Origin: an uncultured Gammaproteobacteria bacterium
GTDB lineage: Bacteria; Pseudomonadota; Gammaproteobacteria; UBA9214
DNA length: 64,000 bases
Reading direction: 5' to 3'
NCBI GenBank assembly: GCA_963773065.1
Contig: CAVYZN010000004.1
Location: 1 to 64,000, forward strand
Below are positions 31,700-42,914 of this stretch, piece by piece. The position numbers and the translations under genes were made by a program. Under the pieces are notes generated by a model. The model worked only from the letters and a program-made list of their open reading frames with translations. It did no database searches and was not told where the DNA came from. Within the stretch, counting starts at the first letter, position 1, and every line of letters begins with the position of its first letter.

Positions 31700-33115
31700 A
31701 ACTGCTGATCTCACTCGCCATAGCGAGCTCTCTCTCGGCTGCTGCCTTTGCGAATCAGCCGGACTTCGGTCAGCAAGTTGAATCGCTGGCAAGGGAACAG
31801 TCGCTCAGCCTGTTCGGCGTGAGCAAACCGCTTGATGCGTCATCGACCATCAGTCTGTCGGCCGTGGCGGCCAATGCCAACCCGGCCAAGCTGGTGACGC
31901 TCGCCAAGGGTCTAAGCGCGAAGGTCGTCAGCGCCGACGCCAATCTCGGCGCCAATATCGACCAGATGGTGTTATGGCCTAACGGCTCCAATCCTACGGC
32001 ACATCATCGCCTGCAATGAGCAAGGCAGTACAAAGGTCGCCCTGCAGCGTATCAACATCGGCACGGGCGCAGTCGAAGAATATCGTCAGCTCGGGCTTGA
32101 CAAGCTGCGATCCAGTACGTCCCACCGCCTGGGGGACAATTATCTTTGGTGAGGAGAACGGCACCAATGGACGTATGTTCGAGCTGCTCAATCCCTTGGC
32201 CACCACCGGCGTGACGGTTTCCGGATCGGGCGCGGGCACCACCACTTCCGATCCCGCCCACGTAAGCTTCCTTCCCCGCACTCGGCCAGTTGTCTTTTGA
32301 AGGCATCGCGCTGTATCCGGACGGCGTGATGTATTCGGCGATGAGAACCGTCCTACCAATGGCAATCCCGGCGGCGCGTACTTCAAGTTCATCCCCAGCA
32401 CCCCGTGGAGCGGGGGCGCACCGATCGCCAATCTCGCTGACTCGCCGCTGACGGCGGGCACATCTACGGCATGCGCGTCGGCAAGCGCAGCGGCAACACC
32501 GATTACGGCCAGGGTAACGAGTTTGGTCGCGGCAACTGGATACAGATCACGGGCGCCCAGCCGATCAATCTGCGCGCCGCGGCCAGCGCCGTGCAACTGA
32601 CCAGTTACTACCGTCCGGAGGATTTGGACATCGATCCCGAGGCGCTGGCCGACGGCAATGTCCGCTTCTGCGGCAACAACACCGGGGACGACACACAGGG
32701 CGGCGATAACCACTGGGGCGAGACAATGTGCATCACTGACGGAACGCTCGCGGAGGCAGCGGACACTGTCACCTTGTCCACCCCGGAATATCAGCCGCTG
32801 GTGTTCGGCAACTTTGATCTGGCGATGATGGACAATATCGCCTACCAACCGGGCGCCGCCAACTGGGTCATCAACGAAGACGGTGAAGGTCCGGCATCCG
32901 CTCCGGTGCGCAACAATGACATCTGGTCATGCGTGGACGATGGTGACGACACGGATATCCTCGCCGATGCCTGCGCCAAGGTCATCAGTCTCAACGACCT
33001 GAATGCGGAATCGACGGGCGGTATTTTTGACGCCACCGGCAAGCGCTACTTCGTAAGCATCCAGCATAATGTGACCGGCCACGGCGTGATCCTCGAGATC
33101 GACGGCTGGAAGTAA
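31700..33115 (+). CDS. PhoX/DUF839-like secreted phosphatase; start codon removed by IS4, frameshifted
   Basis: Signal remnant QLLISLAIASSLSAAAFA; TAWGTIIFGEE, RPED, MMDNIAY, INEDG, AESTGGIFD..FVSIQH. Confidence 0.7.
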
Positions 33116-33162
33116 AGAGCCCACACCCCTCCATCACCATTATCATTGATTGCCCATCCCAC

Positions 33163-33193
33163 AGAGTGCCCCGCCCCAGCGGCGGGGCACTCT
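33163..33193. terminator. GC hairpin between convergent genes
   Basis: agagtgccccgcc-ccagc-ggcggggcactct. Confidence 0.65.
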
Positions 33194-33220
33194 CCCCATC
33201 CCATGTATTTTTGACGTACA

Positions 33221-33375
33221 CCCTCGATCACCGTGCCCCGGTCCACACGCCTTGCACATGTCATAGATGGTCAAGGCGGCTATGGAGGCGGCGGTGAGCG
33301 CTTCCATTTCGACGCCGGCGGCGCCCGTCACCCGGCAGCAGGTAACGATGTGTAGGCCGGGGAGGGGTTTTCCGG
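33221..33375 (-). pseudogene. Duplicated 3'-part fragment of moaC
   Basis: [27 protein letters not shown]; aligns with 36496-36650. Confidence 0.9.
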
Positions 33376-33381
33376 GCCGGC

Positions 33382-34071
33382 CTACTGGTCCACGAGCTTA
33401 TAGCCACTGCCGTAGACGGTAATCAGGAAACGCGGCTCAGCGGGTTCGGGCTCCAGCTTCTTGCGCAAACGCACGATGTAATTGTCCACGCTGCGGGTCT
33501 CGACCTCGCCTTGGTGGCCCCAGACTTCGGCGAGCAGGGTTTCGCGTGACACCACTTCACCACGGTGCTCAACGAGGTAGCGCAGCAGATCCATCTCCTT
33601 GGCGGTGATGTCCAGGGGCAACCCGTCACGCATGAGCATGTGACGCGGGAAGTCGGCAAGGGCCACCCCCACCGGTACCGGGACCTGGGCGCCCGCGGCG
33701 CGAGTGCGGCGCAGGTGGGCATAGATGCGGGCGAGTAATTCCCGCAGACTGAAGGGCTTGACCACGTAGTCGTCGGCTCCGACTTCGAAGCCCAGCACCT
33801 TGTCCATTTCCTCGCCGCGGGCCGTCAGCATGATGACGGGCTGGCGCAGACCCTGAGTCCTGAGATAGCGGCACAGGCTCATGCCATCGCCATCGGGCAG
33901 CATGAGATCGAGCACAATCAGGTCCGGGCGTTCGAGCAGTGCGGCCTCCCGGCCCTCGCGCAGGCTTGCGGCCGTGGTCACCTGGTAGCCTTCCACCTCC
34001 AGGTTGTCCTGCAGACCGACGCGCATGGCCGGGTCGTCTTCGATGATGAGGATACGCGCCGCGCCACTCAT
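33382..34071 (-). CDS. OmpR-family response regulator
   Basis: [43 protein letters not shown]. Confidence 0.95.
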   Translation of the reverse strand: MSGAARILIIEDDPAMRVGLQDNLEVEGYQVTTAASLREGREAALLERPDLIVLDLMLPDGDGMSLCRYLRTQGLRQPVIMLTARGEEMDKVLGFEVGADDYVVKPFSLRELLARIYAHLRRTRAAGAQVPVPVGVALADFPRHMLMRDGLPLDITAKEMDLLRYLVEHRGEVVSRETLLAEVWGHQGEVETRSVDNYIVRLRKKLEPEPAEPRFLITVYGSGYKLVDQ

Positions 34072-35618
34072 GCGGCGGTCCCCCGGGCGGGGAAGGAGAC
34101 CACGGCCCTGAGACCCGTTCCGCCCTCCGGCGTTTCCAGCATGACGCGGGCATGGTGGACCTCGGCGATCTGGTCCACCACGGCCAGCCCCAGACCGCTG
34201 CCACTGCTGGAGTCGACATCGCCCCCGCGCTCGAAGGCCATGCGCAGCCGGGAGCGCTCGCGCGCGGGTATCCCCGGGCCGGAATCGACGACGGCCAGCT
34301 CAACGCAATCCCCGTCGGCGGCCAGCCGGATCTGTACCACACCGCCTCCGATGGCATACTTGGCGGCGTTGTCCAGCAGGTTAAGCAGGATCTGCGTCAC
34401 GCCCCGGCGGTCATGGGCAACCGGCGGCAGGTTCGGATGCAGGTCGGTTTCCAGACGCAGCCCCTGCTCCTCGATCCGCGGCCGGTAATCCTCGATCACC
34501 CCGGAGACCGTGGCGGCGAGGTCGGTCTCGGTGAGGTGGTACACATGCGCTCCCCGACTGAGGAGGGCGAAATCCAACACCGTGTTGATCATCTGACTCA
34601 GGCGCTCGGACTCGCGCAGGATGGTCCGGTGGTACATCTGCTGGCGCTCCTCGTCGGTGACGCGTCGCAGATAGAGCGTCTCGGCATACATGCGGATGAG
34701 AGCCAGCGGGGTCTTGAGCTCATGGGACACGTTGGCGACAAAGCGGTTGCGCAGCTCCACCAGCGCATGCTCGCGGCGCAGCTCGCGCCACACGGCGAAG
34801 GTCGCCAACAGTATGACCAGAACCACCCCGCCGGCCAGGATCAGGAGCAGGGTAGTGCGGGGTTGCAGGCGCTCGTCGGTAATTTCCGGATCGGACACGA
34901 AGACCAGGGACCAGCCGGGCAATACCCGGTTGAGCTGCTGGTCCAGGGAGGGCCGCTCCTCCCCGGTCACGGTGTCGTGGAGCTGTACCGTCCCGCCCTG
35001 CTCATCGCCAAACTGTTCCAGCAGCGGCGTCACATGCCGCTTCTGCAGCTCGTCGAGGTTGTACTGGATCAGCAGCCAACCGCTGGGAGAGGCGTCCTCG
35101 GTGTAGCCGGCCGGGCGGAAACCGAAGAGCACCGGCCGCCCGTCGATCGTTTCCATGAAGGGCTGGAACGCATCGGACCTTAACCCGTGATCGGGTTCCT
35201 CGAGGTCCAGCCGCTGGGCCAGCCACGCATCGAACTGACTCTGATGGCGGGTGGCCGCGGGCGGATAGCTGAAGACCAGATTCATGCTGGCGTTCAGGAA
35301 CAGCATCTCCTCCACCTCGGGGAAAGCCGCCTTTACCGCCTCTATCCGTTTCTGATCGGCGGGAGTCTGCGGCAGGTTGATTAGCGCGAGGAAGGGGGCT
35401 TGCATGGCGCCGAGGAGCGCGTTTTCTACTTGATTGGCGAGCAGCGCCAGGGCGCCTTGTTGGGAGTCGCGGATGGCGCTCTCGAGCATCGAGCGCTGCC
35501 CCCGCACCAACTGGAAGGTCACGCTGGAGATACCGATGATGGTCAGCAGCAATACACCCAGCAGCACCACCGGCGTACGAATTCCACCGCGGTTTGGCAT
35601 GCGGCGGTCCGGTCTCAC
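34068..35618 (-). CDS. Sensor histidine kinase
   Basis: Two TM segments, H-box NVSHELKTPL, NLLDNAAKY, DSGPGI, GSGLGL. Confidence 0.95.
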   Translation of the reverse strand: MRPDRRMPNRGGIRTPVVLLGVLLLTIIGISSVTFQLVRGQRSMLESAIRDSQQGALALLANQVENALLGAMQAPFLALINLPQTPADQKRIEAVKAAFPEVEEMLFLNASMNLVFSYPPAATRHQSQFDAWLAQRLDLEEPDHGLRSDAFQPFMETIDGRPVLFGFRPAGYTEDASPSGWLLIQYNLDELQKRHVTPLLEQFGDEQGGTVQLHDTVTGEERPSLDQQLNRVLPGWSLVFVSDPEITDERLQPRTTLLLILAGGVVLVILLATFAVWRELRREHALVELRNRFVANVSHELKTPLALIRMYAETLYLRRVTDEERQQMYHRTILRESERLSQMINTVLDFALLSRGAHVYHLTETDLAATVSGVIEDYRPRIEEQGLRLETDLHPNLPPVAHDRRGVTQILLNLLDNAAKYAIGGGVVQIRLAADGDCVELAVVDSGPGIPARERSRLRMAFERGGDVDSSSGSGLGLAVVDQIAEVHHARVMLETPEGGTGLRAVVSFPARGTAA

Positions 35619-35710
35619 GCGAGGGTCCGCCCCTGACAGATTACACTCATGCCCGGATTCTACATCCGGGACCGTTGGCGGACATAGATTGGCCTCCGCT
35701 GTCCGACATA

Positions 35711-35740
35711 CGAAGGCCCCGCTCTCAGGCGGGGCCTTCG
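35711..35740 (-). terminator. Hairpin downstream of the small secreted protein
   Basis: cgaaggccccgc-tctcag-gcggggccttcg. Confidence 0.65.
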
Positions 35741-35792
35741 GTGATCATTGCCGCCGGCTCCTGATACGGTCGCAGCGACCTAAATCAGGCCG

Positions 35793-36044
35793 TTACTCCT
35801 TTGGCGGAGTTCCCGCCGGACCCGTGTGGGTCTGCGCCTTGTTCATCTCCTTCGTTACGCAGGTGTTGAGGTATGACTTCATTTGCCCCTGGGAGATATG
35901 ATGTTCTTTGGCCTTCTTCTCACATTTGTCCATGGCGGCCTTGTGTTGCGGGGAAGTCGCGCTCTCCGCGGTGGTGCCGGCGGCAAAAACCGGCAGCGAA
36001 ACGGTGAGGATCATGGCGGTGGCAAGGTGGGTAAGCATTTTCAT
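35793..36044 (-). CDS. Small secreted protein with a PsiF-like two-Cys motif
   Basis: Signal peptide ending VFA; MDKCEKKAKE..MKSYLNTC. Confidence 0.55.
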   Translation of the reverse strand: MKMLTHLATAMILTVSLPVFAAGTTAESATSPQHKAAMDKCEKKAKEHHISQGQMKSYLNTCVTKEMNKAQTHTGPAGTPPKE

Positions 36045-36431
36045 AACGATCGCTCCTTAAGATGCGTGACAAGCGCACCAGTGTATGATTGACAGGGCTC
36101 AGGTATTACGTGCTTGGCATGGCCTAAGCCACTGTTGCCTCTGGCTTACGGGTCCGGCCCTTGGCGTCGACGGCAGCCAATGCAGCCTTTACCCTGCAAT
36201 ACAGGTTACGCCTGCCCCGGCCCGCCGCGAATCACAGAACTGTAGAAGATGGTAAAGAATTGTCACGGCCTCCGCTTGACCTCGCATGTCCGCCACCGCC
36301 CGGGTGCCTGACACCACGCCTGGGCCACGGGCATCGTGACCTGCTGCGTGAACGGTCGCTGCTCACGCCGCCTGTCTACGTTCGTGCGTCGCGTTACGCC
36401 CGGTCAGGCGAGGTGGCGCGGATGAACCCTC

Positions 36432-36917
36432 TCAGTCGTCGGCTGCGGCGTTCCATACACCGCTGCGCCCGCCTGACTTGTGCAGTAAACGGATTCCCTC
36501 GATCACCATGCCCCGGTCCACCGCCTTGCACATGTCATAGAGGGTCAAGGCGGCGATGGCGGCGGCCGTGAGCGCTTCCATTTCAACGCCGGTGGCGCCC
36601 GTCACCCGGCAGCTTGTAACGATGTGCAGTCCGGGGAGGGTCTTTTCCGGTGTGATCTCCACATCGATGCCCGAGAGCAGCAGGGGATGGCACAAGGGAA
36701 TCAGACCGGCGCAGCGCTTGGCCGCCTGAATGCCCGCGATACGGGCCACGGTCAGCACATCGCCTTTTTTATGTCCGCCGGTCTCGATCAGCCGCAGGGT
36801 TTCCGCGGACATCCTCACCCGGGCTTCCGCCCGAGCTTCCCGCCGGGTATCGGGTTTATCGGTGACATCCACCAGGTGCGCCTTGCCCTCGGCATCGGTG
36901 TGGGTCAGCCGGCTCAT
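36432..36917 (-). CDS. moaC: cPMP synthase MoaC
   Basis: [45 protein letters not shown]. Confidence 0.96.
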   Translation of the reverse strand: MSRLTHTDAEGKAHLVDVTDKPDTRREARAEARVRMSAETLRLIETGGHKKGDVLTVARIAGIQAAKRCAGLIPLCHPLLLSGIDVEITPEKTLPGLHIVTSCRVTGATGVEMEALTAAAIAALTLYDMCKAVDRGMVIEGIRLLHKSGGRSGVWNAAADD

Positions 36918-38164
36918 CGCGCCCACTCCGAGAACGGCAGATAGCGCAGCGTGTCGCCGCGGTGAACGCTGGCGTTTTCTGGTATCTCCGCCAGGCCGTC
37001 GGCCCATGCCACGGAACTCAGCACATCCGAGCCCTGCCGGGGATATTTCTCCGCGGTCAGTCCCCGCAGGGGATCGCCGCTGACGCGCACGCGCAGGTAT
37101 TCACGGCGGTTCTTGGTCTGATAATCAAAAGCGGAGATGACGGGCCAGGATTTCGGCGTCGTCTCCCCGCGTCCCTGCAGGCGCTGCAGATAGGGACGTG
37201 CGAATAGCAGGAAGGTCACATAAACCGAGACCGGGTTGCCCGGCAGACCGATGAACGGGACGGCGCCGATGTGTCCGAAGGCGAGCGGCTTGCCCGGTTT
37301 CATCCGCACCCGCCACAGGGTCAGTTCACCGAGCGATTGCAGCGCGGCCTTCACATGATCCTCCTCGCCTACGGAGACGCCACCCGAGGTGATCACCAGG
37401 TCGGCCTGTGTGGCCGCCGCCGAGAGAGTCCGGCGCGTGACCTCGAGGCTGTCGGCGATGCTGCCCAGGTCGATGACATCGCATCCCTGCGCTTCCAGCA
37501 GGGCGTTCAGCAGGTAGCGGTTGCTGTTGTAGATATGCCCGGGCGCGAGCGGCTCTCCCGGTTCGACCAGCTCGTCGCCGGTCGAGAAGACGGCGACTTT
37601 CAACCGGCGCCGGACCTCGATCTCCGCGATGCCGACGGAGGCAGCCAGCCCGAGCTGGGCCGCCTGCAGGAGCGTGCCGGCGGGAAGAAGGGTATTCCCG
37701 GCGGTGATATCGTTGCCGCGCGGACGGATGTTGGCGCCGGCCTCGGCCGTTTTCTCGGCGTACACCCGCTCGCCCTCGCTACGGCAGAATTCCTGCATGA
37801 GTACCGTGTCGGCCCCTTCCGGCATGGGCGCGCCGGTGAAGATGCGGGCGGCGCTGCCGGGTTGCAGTGGCTTGCCTTGCGCCCCGGCCGGAATGCGCTG
37901 TGAAATGACCAGGCCCGCGGTCCGGGCAAGCGCCATGTCGCGGCTGTGCAGGGCATAGCCATCCATGGCGCTGTTGTCGAAGCCGGGGACATCGATGGGC
38001 GATAGCAGATCCCGTGCCAGGATGCGTCCGGCCGCGGCGCCGAGCGGGACTCGCTCGCTATCCCTGAGGGCGCGCGCATGATCCAGCAGGGTCGCCACCG
38101 CCTCATCGACACTCAGCAGGGTGGGTTGGGATTCGCAACAAGGATCTTCGGCGACCTGGGACAT
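36914..38164 (-). CDS. moeA: Molybdopterin molybdenumtransferase MoeA
   Basis: [46 protein letters not shown]. Confidence 0.96.
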   Translation of the reverse strand: MSQVAEDPCCESQPTLLSVDEAVATLLDHARALRDSERVPLGAAAGRILARDLLSPIDVPGFDNSAMDGYALHSRDMALARTAGLVISQRIPAGAQGKPLQPGSAARIFTGAPMPEGADTVLMQEFCRSEGERVYAEKTAEAGANIRPRGNDITAGNTLLPAGTLLQAAQLGLAASVGIAEIEVRRRLKVAVFSTGDELVEPGEPLAPGHIYNSNRYLLNALLEAQGCDVIDLGSIADSLEVTRRTLSAAATQADLVITSGGVSVGEEDHVKAALQSLGELTLWRVRMKPGKPLAFGHIGAVPFIGLPGNPVSVYVTFLLFARPYLQRLQGRGETTPKSWPVISAFDYQTKNRREYLRVRVSGDPLRGLTAEKYPRQGSDVLSSVAWADGLAEIPENASVHRGDTLRYLPFSEWAR

Positions 38165-38165
38165 G

Positions 38166-38693
38166 CTAGGATTCCGTCAGGCGGGGCATCAATTCGACCA
38201 TATTGCAGGGGCGGTTCCGGTAGTCGAGCTGGGGTGCGATAATCTCGTCCCAGCCGGTGCGGCAGGCGCCCGTGGAGCCGGGCAGGCAGAAGATATAGGT
38301 ACCGTTGGCGACCCCGCCAAGCGCCCTGGATGCAATGGTCGAGGTCTTGATGTCCCGGTAGGAGAGCCAGCGGAACAGTTCACCCACGCCCTCGATCTCC
38401 TTGTCGAGCAGCGGGCGGATGGCTTCCGGCGTACTGTCCCGCCCGGTGAGGCCGGTGCCGCCGGTGGTGATGACGACGTTGACGTGCGGATCGGCGATCC
38501 AGCGTGACGCCACTTCCCGGATTTTGTAGATGCTGTCGGGCACGATGCACTTCTCGGCCAGCCGGTGCCCGGCATGGGCCAATCGTTCCACCAGGGCCCT
38601 GCCCGAGGTATCGGTTTCCTCGGTCCGGGAATCCGACACCGTCATGATCGCGATCCGGACTGGAACAAACTCGCGTGTAGGCTGGTCATCCAT
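38166..38693 (-). CDS. moaB: Molybdenum cofactor protein MoaB
   Basis: [38 protein letters not shown]. Confidence 0.95.
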   Translation of the reverse strand: MDDQPTREFVPVRIAIMTVSDSRTEETDTSGRALVERLAHAGHRLAEKCIVPDSIYKIREVASRWIADPHVNVVITTGGTGLTGRDSTPEAIRPLLDKEIEGVGELFRWLSYRDIKTSTIASRALGGVANGTYIFCLPGSTGACRTGWDEIIAPQLDYRNRPCNMVELMPRLTES

Positions 38694-38777
38694 GGTAATC
38701 GTTGCGGTGAATGAATGGCTTGTCGTAAAACAGGAATGATCCGTATAGTAACGTGAGGCCGGCAATGAGTATACGGC

Positions 38778-39791
38778 ATGAGTAAGGCATCCCGCTCCGA
38801 CACCAACGATACCCCGGCGTTGATTGACCCGTTCGGTCGCCGGATCGACTATCTGCGTCTGTCGGTCACCGACAAATGCAATCTGCGTTGCTTCTACTGC
38901 ATCCCGCGCGGATTCAAGGGTTTTGAAGCACCGGAGAACTGGCTCACGTTTGACGAGATCGAACGGGTGGCCGCCGCATTCTCCGCGCTCGGTGTCGCCC
39001 GCGTCCGGCTAACCGGCGGTGAGCCACTGGTGCGCCGGGGACTGCCTGTCCTCGCCCGGCGCTTGGCGGATCTTCCGGGTATCGCGGACCTGTCCCTGAG
39101 CACTAATGCCGTGCTGCTGGCGGATTATGCCGTGGCGCTTAAAAACGCCGGCATATCCCGCATCAATGTCAGCCTGGATACGCTGCGCCCGGCGCGTTTT
39201 AGCGAAATCACCGGCGGCAGGCTGGAGCCGGTGATCCAGGGACTGATGGTGGCCCGGGCGGCGGGATTCTCTCCGATTAAAATCAACATGCTCGCTCTGG
39301 GGGGGATCAATGACGATGAATTCGAGGACATGGTCGAATTCTGTCTTGAACAGGGTTTCACGCTGCGATTGATCGAGACCATGCCGATGGGGGATACCGG
39401 CCGGCAAGCCGGCGCGAGCTATCTCGATGTGTCCAAGGTGAAGGATCGCCTGGCGCAACGCTTCGATCTGATCCCGGCTGTTATGCCGGGCGGCGGTCCC
39501 GCGCGTTACGTCGAAGTCAGGGGCACCGGCATGCGTATCGGTTTCATCACCCCGATTTCACAACACTTCTGCGAGACCTGTAACCGGGTGCGCCTGGCGG
39601 TGGACGGTACGCTTTATCTGTGTCTTGGACAGGACCATAAATTCGAACTGCGGCCGCTGCTGCGGGAGGGCATCAGCGATGATGGCCTGAAAGGGGCGAT
39701 CATCGATGCCCTCGCGCTTAAACCCGAGCGCCATGAATTCCGGGAGAAGCCCCAACAGGTGGTGCGCCTGATGAGCATGACGGGAGGATGA
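38778..39791 (+). CDS. moaA: GTP 3',8-cyclase MoaA
   Basis: YLRLSVTDKCNLRCFYC, RLTGGEP, FCETCNRVRL, C-terminal GG. Confidence 0.97.
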   Translation: MSKASRSDTNDTPALIDPFGRRIDYLRLSVTDKCNLRCFYCIPRGFKGFEAPENWLTFDEIERVAAAFSALGVARVRLTGGEPLVRRGLPVLARRLADLPGIADLSLSTNAVLLADYAVALKNAGISRINVSLDTLRPARFSEITGGRLEPVIQGLMVARAAGFSPIKINMLALGGINDDEFEDMVEFCLEQGFTLRLIETMPMGDTGRQAGASYLDVSKVKDRLAQRFDLIPAVMPGGGPARYVEVRGTGMRIGFITPISQHFCETCNRVRLAVDGTLYLCLGQDHKFELRPLLREGISDDGLKGAIIDALALKPERHEFREKPQQVVRLMSMTGG

Positions 39792-39878
39792 GTCATCGCC
39801 GTGTCACTGCCCGATCCTTCGGCCTCGCCAAGGTTGCCGTTGTTTATTTTCTGCGCCGCGGTTTCATCACACCCTGAT

Positions 39879-40466
39879 ATGAATTCCTTGATCATGAAAC
39901 GCTCCGTCACCGGCGTCATCCTTGCCGGGGGCAGGGGGCGCAGACTCGGCGGGCATGACAAGGGACTCGTCACGGTGCGAGGGCAACCGCTGATTGAACA
40001 TGTGATCGCGGCATTTGCGCCCCAGGTGGGCGAGGTCATCATCAATGCCAATCGCAACATTTCGCTCTATGAGCGTTACGGTTACACCGTCGTCGCCGAT
40101 GTTCTGCCGGATTGCCCGGGCCCGCTGGCCGGCATGTTGACCGGATTGCGCCATGCACGCCATGACGACGTAGTGGTCGTTCCGTGCGATGCACTGTCGT
40201 TGCCGCCGGATCTGGTGGAGCGACTGCATCAGTCGCTGGTGCGGGAGCAGGCCGACGCCGGTACCGTGCATGACGGTGAGCGGCTGCACCCGGTTTACGC
40301 CTGGTTGAATCGACGGCTTGCCGCGTCGCTGGAACGGTATCTGGGATCAGGCAGGCGCAAGGTGGAAGACTGGATGCGGGAGCAGCAACTCGCGCTCGCG
40401 GATTTTTCCGACAGTCCGCAAGGCTTCCGCACCCTGAACACCGTGGAAGATCTGGAGTCGGTTTAG
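39879..40466 (+). CDS. mobA: Molybdenum cofactor guanylyltransferase MobA
   Basis: VILAGGRGRRLGG.DKGL, INANRN, GPLAG, VPCD. Confidence 0.93.
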   Translation: MNSLIMKRSVTGVILAGGRGRRLGGHDKGLVTVRGQPLIEHVIAAFAPQVGEVIINANRNISLYERYGYTVVADVLPDCPGPLAGMLTGLRHARHDDVVVVPCDALSLPPDLVERLHQSLVREQADAGTVHDGERLHPVYAWLNRRLAASLERYLGSGRRKVEDWMREQQLALADFSDSPQGFRTLNTVEDLESV

Positions 40467-40473
40467 CCGTATG

Positions 40474-41205
40474 TCATGCCGTGAGATCCGGCGCAAGGCG
40501 GCCATGTTTCCCTGAGCCTTGCGCTGGATACGGTTGCAAACTGCCTGGACTACGGTGCCGGTGCCGGGGGGATAGCGAAGCTGACCAGGGAATGCCTGCC
40601 GAGATGACATCACCCTCGCTGGTGCTGGTCGTGAACTGCACACTCAGGGTGCCAGCATAGGATTCCGCCACCCAGTCCCCCTGAAGCTCAAGGGAATAAA
40701 GACCATTTTGCCCGGCGATGAAACAGGCATTGCCGCAATAGCTGGCCCCGTTGAGGGGGAACGAGTTCGAATAAGCGAAGGCATCCGCGGTCAGTCCGGT
40801 GACGCCGACGCCATTCTTGGTGACCTGTACGAACAGTTGAACCGGCGCGTTGTTGTCCTCATTCCTTTGCTCATCGCTGGCGGATGCCACGCTTACCTGA
40901 ATAGCGAGAGTATTCTTCAGGGCCGACACGTCGTCCTTGATATCGCCAATATCGGCGCCAATGATGTCCAGTTCGTCGAGAATGGTTTCGGTGTCGGCCT
41001 TGACCGCCGCAATAAGATGCTTGACCTCGATGAAATCCTGTTCGATCGCTTGAAACGGGCGGCCATTCGGATATCCGTTGTTGTTGCCGTTATTTCCTGC
41101 CTGCGTGGCATGCTTGTTTTTGGCAAACGCCAAGTCCGGCTGCGCGGCGGCAGCGAGTCCCATTGCGGCACAGATGGCGATGATTACGAATCGATTGTTG
41201 GTCAT
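40474..41205 (-). CDS. Secreted hypothetical protein with a coiled-coil segment (3' end probably frameshifted)
   Basis: Signal peptide, GYPNGRPFQA, heptad-like stretch, then a beta-rich region with a Cys pair. Confidence 0.6.
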   Translation of the reverse strand: MTNNRFVIIAICAAMGLAAAAQPDLAFAKNKHATQAGNNGNNNGYPNGRPFQAIEQDFIEVKHLIAAVKADTETILDELDIIGADIGDIKDDVSALKNTLAIQVSVASASDEQRNEDNNAPVQLFVQVTKNGVGVTGLTADAFAYSNSFPLNGASYCGNACFIAGQNGLYSLELQGDWVAESYAGTLSVQFTTSTSEGDVISAGIPWSASLSPRHRHRSPGSLQPYPAQGSGKHGRLAPDLTA

Positions 41206-41659
41206 GTTTCACCTCGGGTGATTGTTATTGTCAAAATCTGCAATCGAGTTAAATTTCGTAAAAGTACTCGACAAGCAGCAACTGCAATTTCACCTATCTA
41301 AAGTGCAGTTGCAAAATTGACGCATTATACGTGCCTATTTAATGGCATACCAATAAAACAATCGGATACACCGCTTTCATGCGACATTATCGAGATTTAA
41401 ACCGTAAAGTTTTCCAGAACAGATTCTGAAGAACTTTACAAAGTCATGTTTTATGCAATGCACAGGGAGCCTGATATTTAGGTCACGCTTGAACAGGCCT
41501 GTCTCTTTGCATCCCACGTCATGTGAGTGGGGCTCGTCTGATCAATTCCACCACTGCATGAATTGTGCTCTATTGCCGGTTGGCGGCAGGGGGGCGTTGT
41601 GCGTACAGGAGCTGCGGGGTACCAATCCCGTATCCTTGCGGTGAGTGATGCCTGGCTCA

Positions 41660-41836
41660 GAGCCTGTGAAAATATCGACGGCCGTCGCGAGGGCGTCGAT
41701 TGGCGTGCGAGGCAAGGCGCGCTGCGCGAAAACAAGGGAGTTTGGCGAGCCAAATGACCGAAGTTTTCGCGTGGCGCAACGCCGCCACAGCCGCAAAGCG
41801 GCGTCCGCAGCAGGCTGGCGATATTTTCACAGGCTC
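41660..41836. mobile_element. 177-bp MITE, copy 2 (inverted)
   Basis: Same TIRs as copy 1; TCA duplication at 41657-41659 and 41837-41839, the latter being the FKBP stop codon. Confidence 0.9.
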
Positions 41837-42526
41837 TCAGTTCACGGAAATCAGTTCCACCTCGAAGATCAGGGCGCTGTTGGGCGGGATCCTGTCGCCG
41901 GCGCCAGCCTCACCGTAGGCGAGCTTCGGCGGGATGAAAAGCCGCCACCTGTCGCCTTGCGACATCAGTTGCAACCCTTCGGTCCAGCCGGGAATGACGC
42001 GGTTGACGGCGAAGCTCGCGGGCATATTGCGGCTATAGGAACTGTCGAACTCGGTGCCATCGATCAGCGTGCCGCGATAGTGAACCGTCACCGTGTCGGT
42101 GGTCTTCGGCGACGCGCCGGACCCCTTGGCGAGAACCAGGTACTGCAGGCCGCTGGGCAGTGTGACGACGCCATCCTTCCGGGCGTTTTCTTCCATGAAC
42201 GCCTTCGCTTGCGCAAGATTACGCGCCGCGGTTTCCGCCTGTTTCTCCCTCGCCGCCGTCATTACCCGCTGCTTGAGTTCCACCAGGGTCTTCTGCATTT
42301 CCTCAGGTGTCAGAGGCGGTTCGGTTCCTGACAGAGCATCCTCGACACCTCTTGCCACTATCGCCGGATCGATTTCCACGCCCTGGCGACTCAGATCACT
42401 GCCGATTTGGTAGCCGACACTGTAGTTGATCCTGTCATCGAGGTGCTTGAGTTCGACCGGCGGCTCTGCCGAACAGACACCGGCTGCGAGAGCCGCACCG
42501 ATCGCTACTATACGTATGGGTATCAT
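41837..42526 (-). CDS. FKBP-type peptidyl-prolyl isomerase (FkpA/Mip-like)
   Basis: YSVGYQIG, LPSGLQY, VHYRGTLIDGTEFDSSY, VIPGWTEGL, LIFEVEL. Confidence 0.95.
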   Translation of the reverse strand: MIPIRIVAIGAALAAGVCSAEPPVELKHLDDRINYSVGYQIGSDLSRQGVEIDPAIVARGVEDALSGTEPPLTPEEMQKTLVELKQRVMTAAREKQAETAARNLAQAKAFMEENARKDGVVTLPSGLQYLVLAKGSGASPKTTDTVTVHYRGTLIDGTEFDSSYSRNMPASFAVNRVIPGWTEGLQLMSQGDRWRLFIPPKLAYGEAGAGDRIPPNSALIFEVELISVN

Positions 42527-42914
42527 GATGCCACTACCATCTGTTGTTGGGACCTTGTGATCTGCCGACACCGGAATTCCTGCGTGCCGCGGGGAACGGT
42601 GTTGTCGGCCTGGCTCCCGCATTCGGTCGACTGATTCTATTGATCGGTGGTTCGGGCGACAAGGGCAACGGCGGTCAACCTTGACGCTGGTTTGAAAGCT
42701 GCTAGTATTTTTGGACACATTATAAAAATATTAAGGTGACATGAAGAATCACACGAAGCAGGGGGAAGAAATAAGAGCAGTATTCGCTTGCCGGATACCT
42801 GTTACTACGATTTCCCCCGTTTTTAATAAATCAAGACCGGTTTCCGAAACTCTCCTGCCACCCGGTAGGAGTTGATAAATCTCAATCAAACAAAATACTA
42901 GGGGGGAGAACGTC

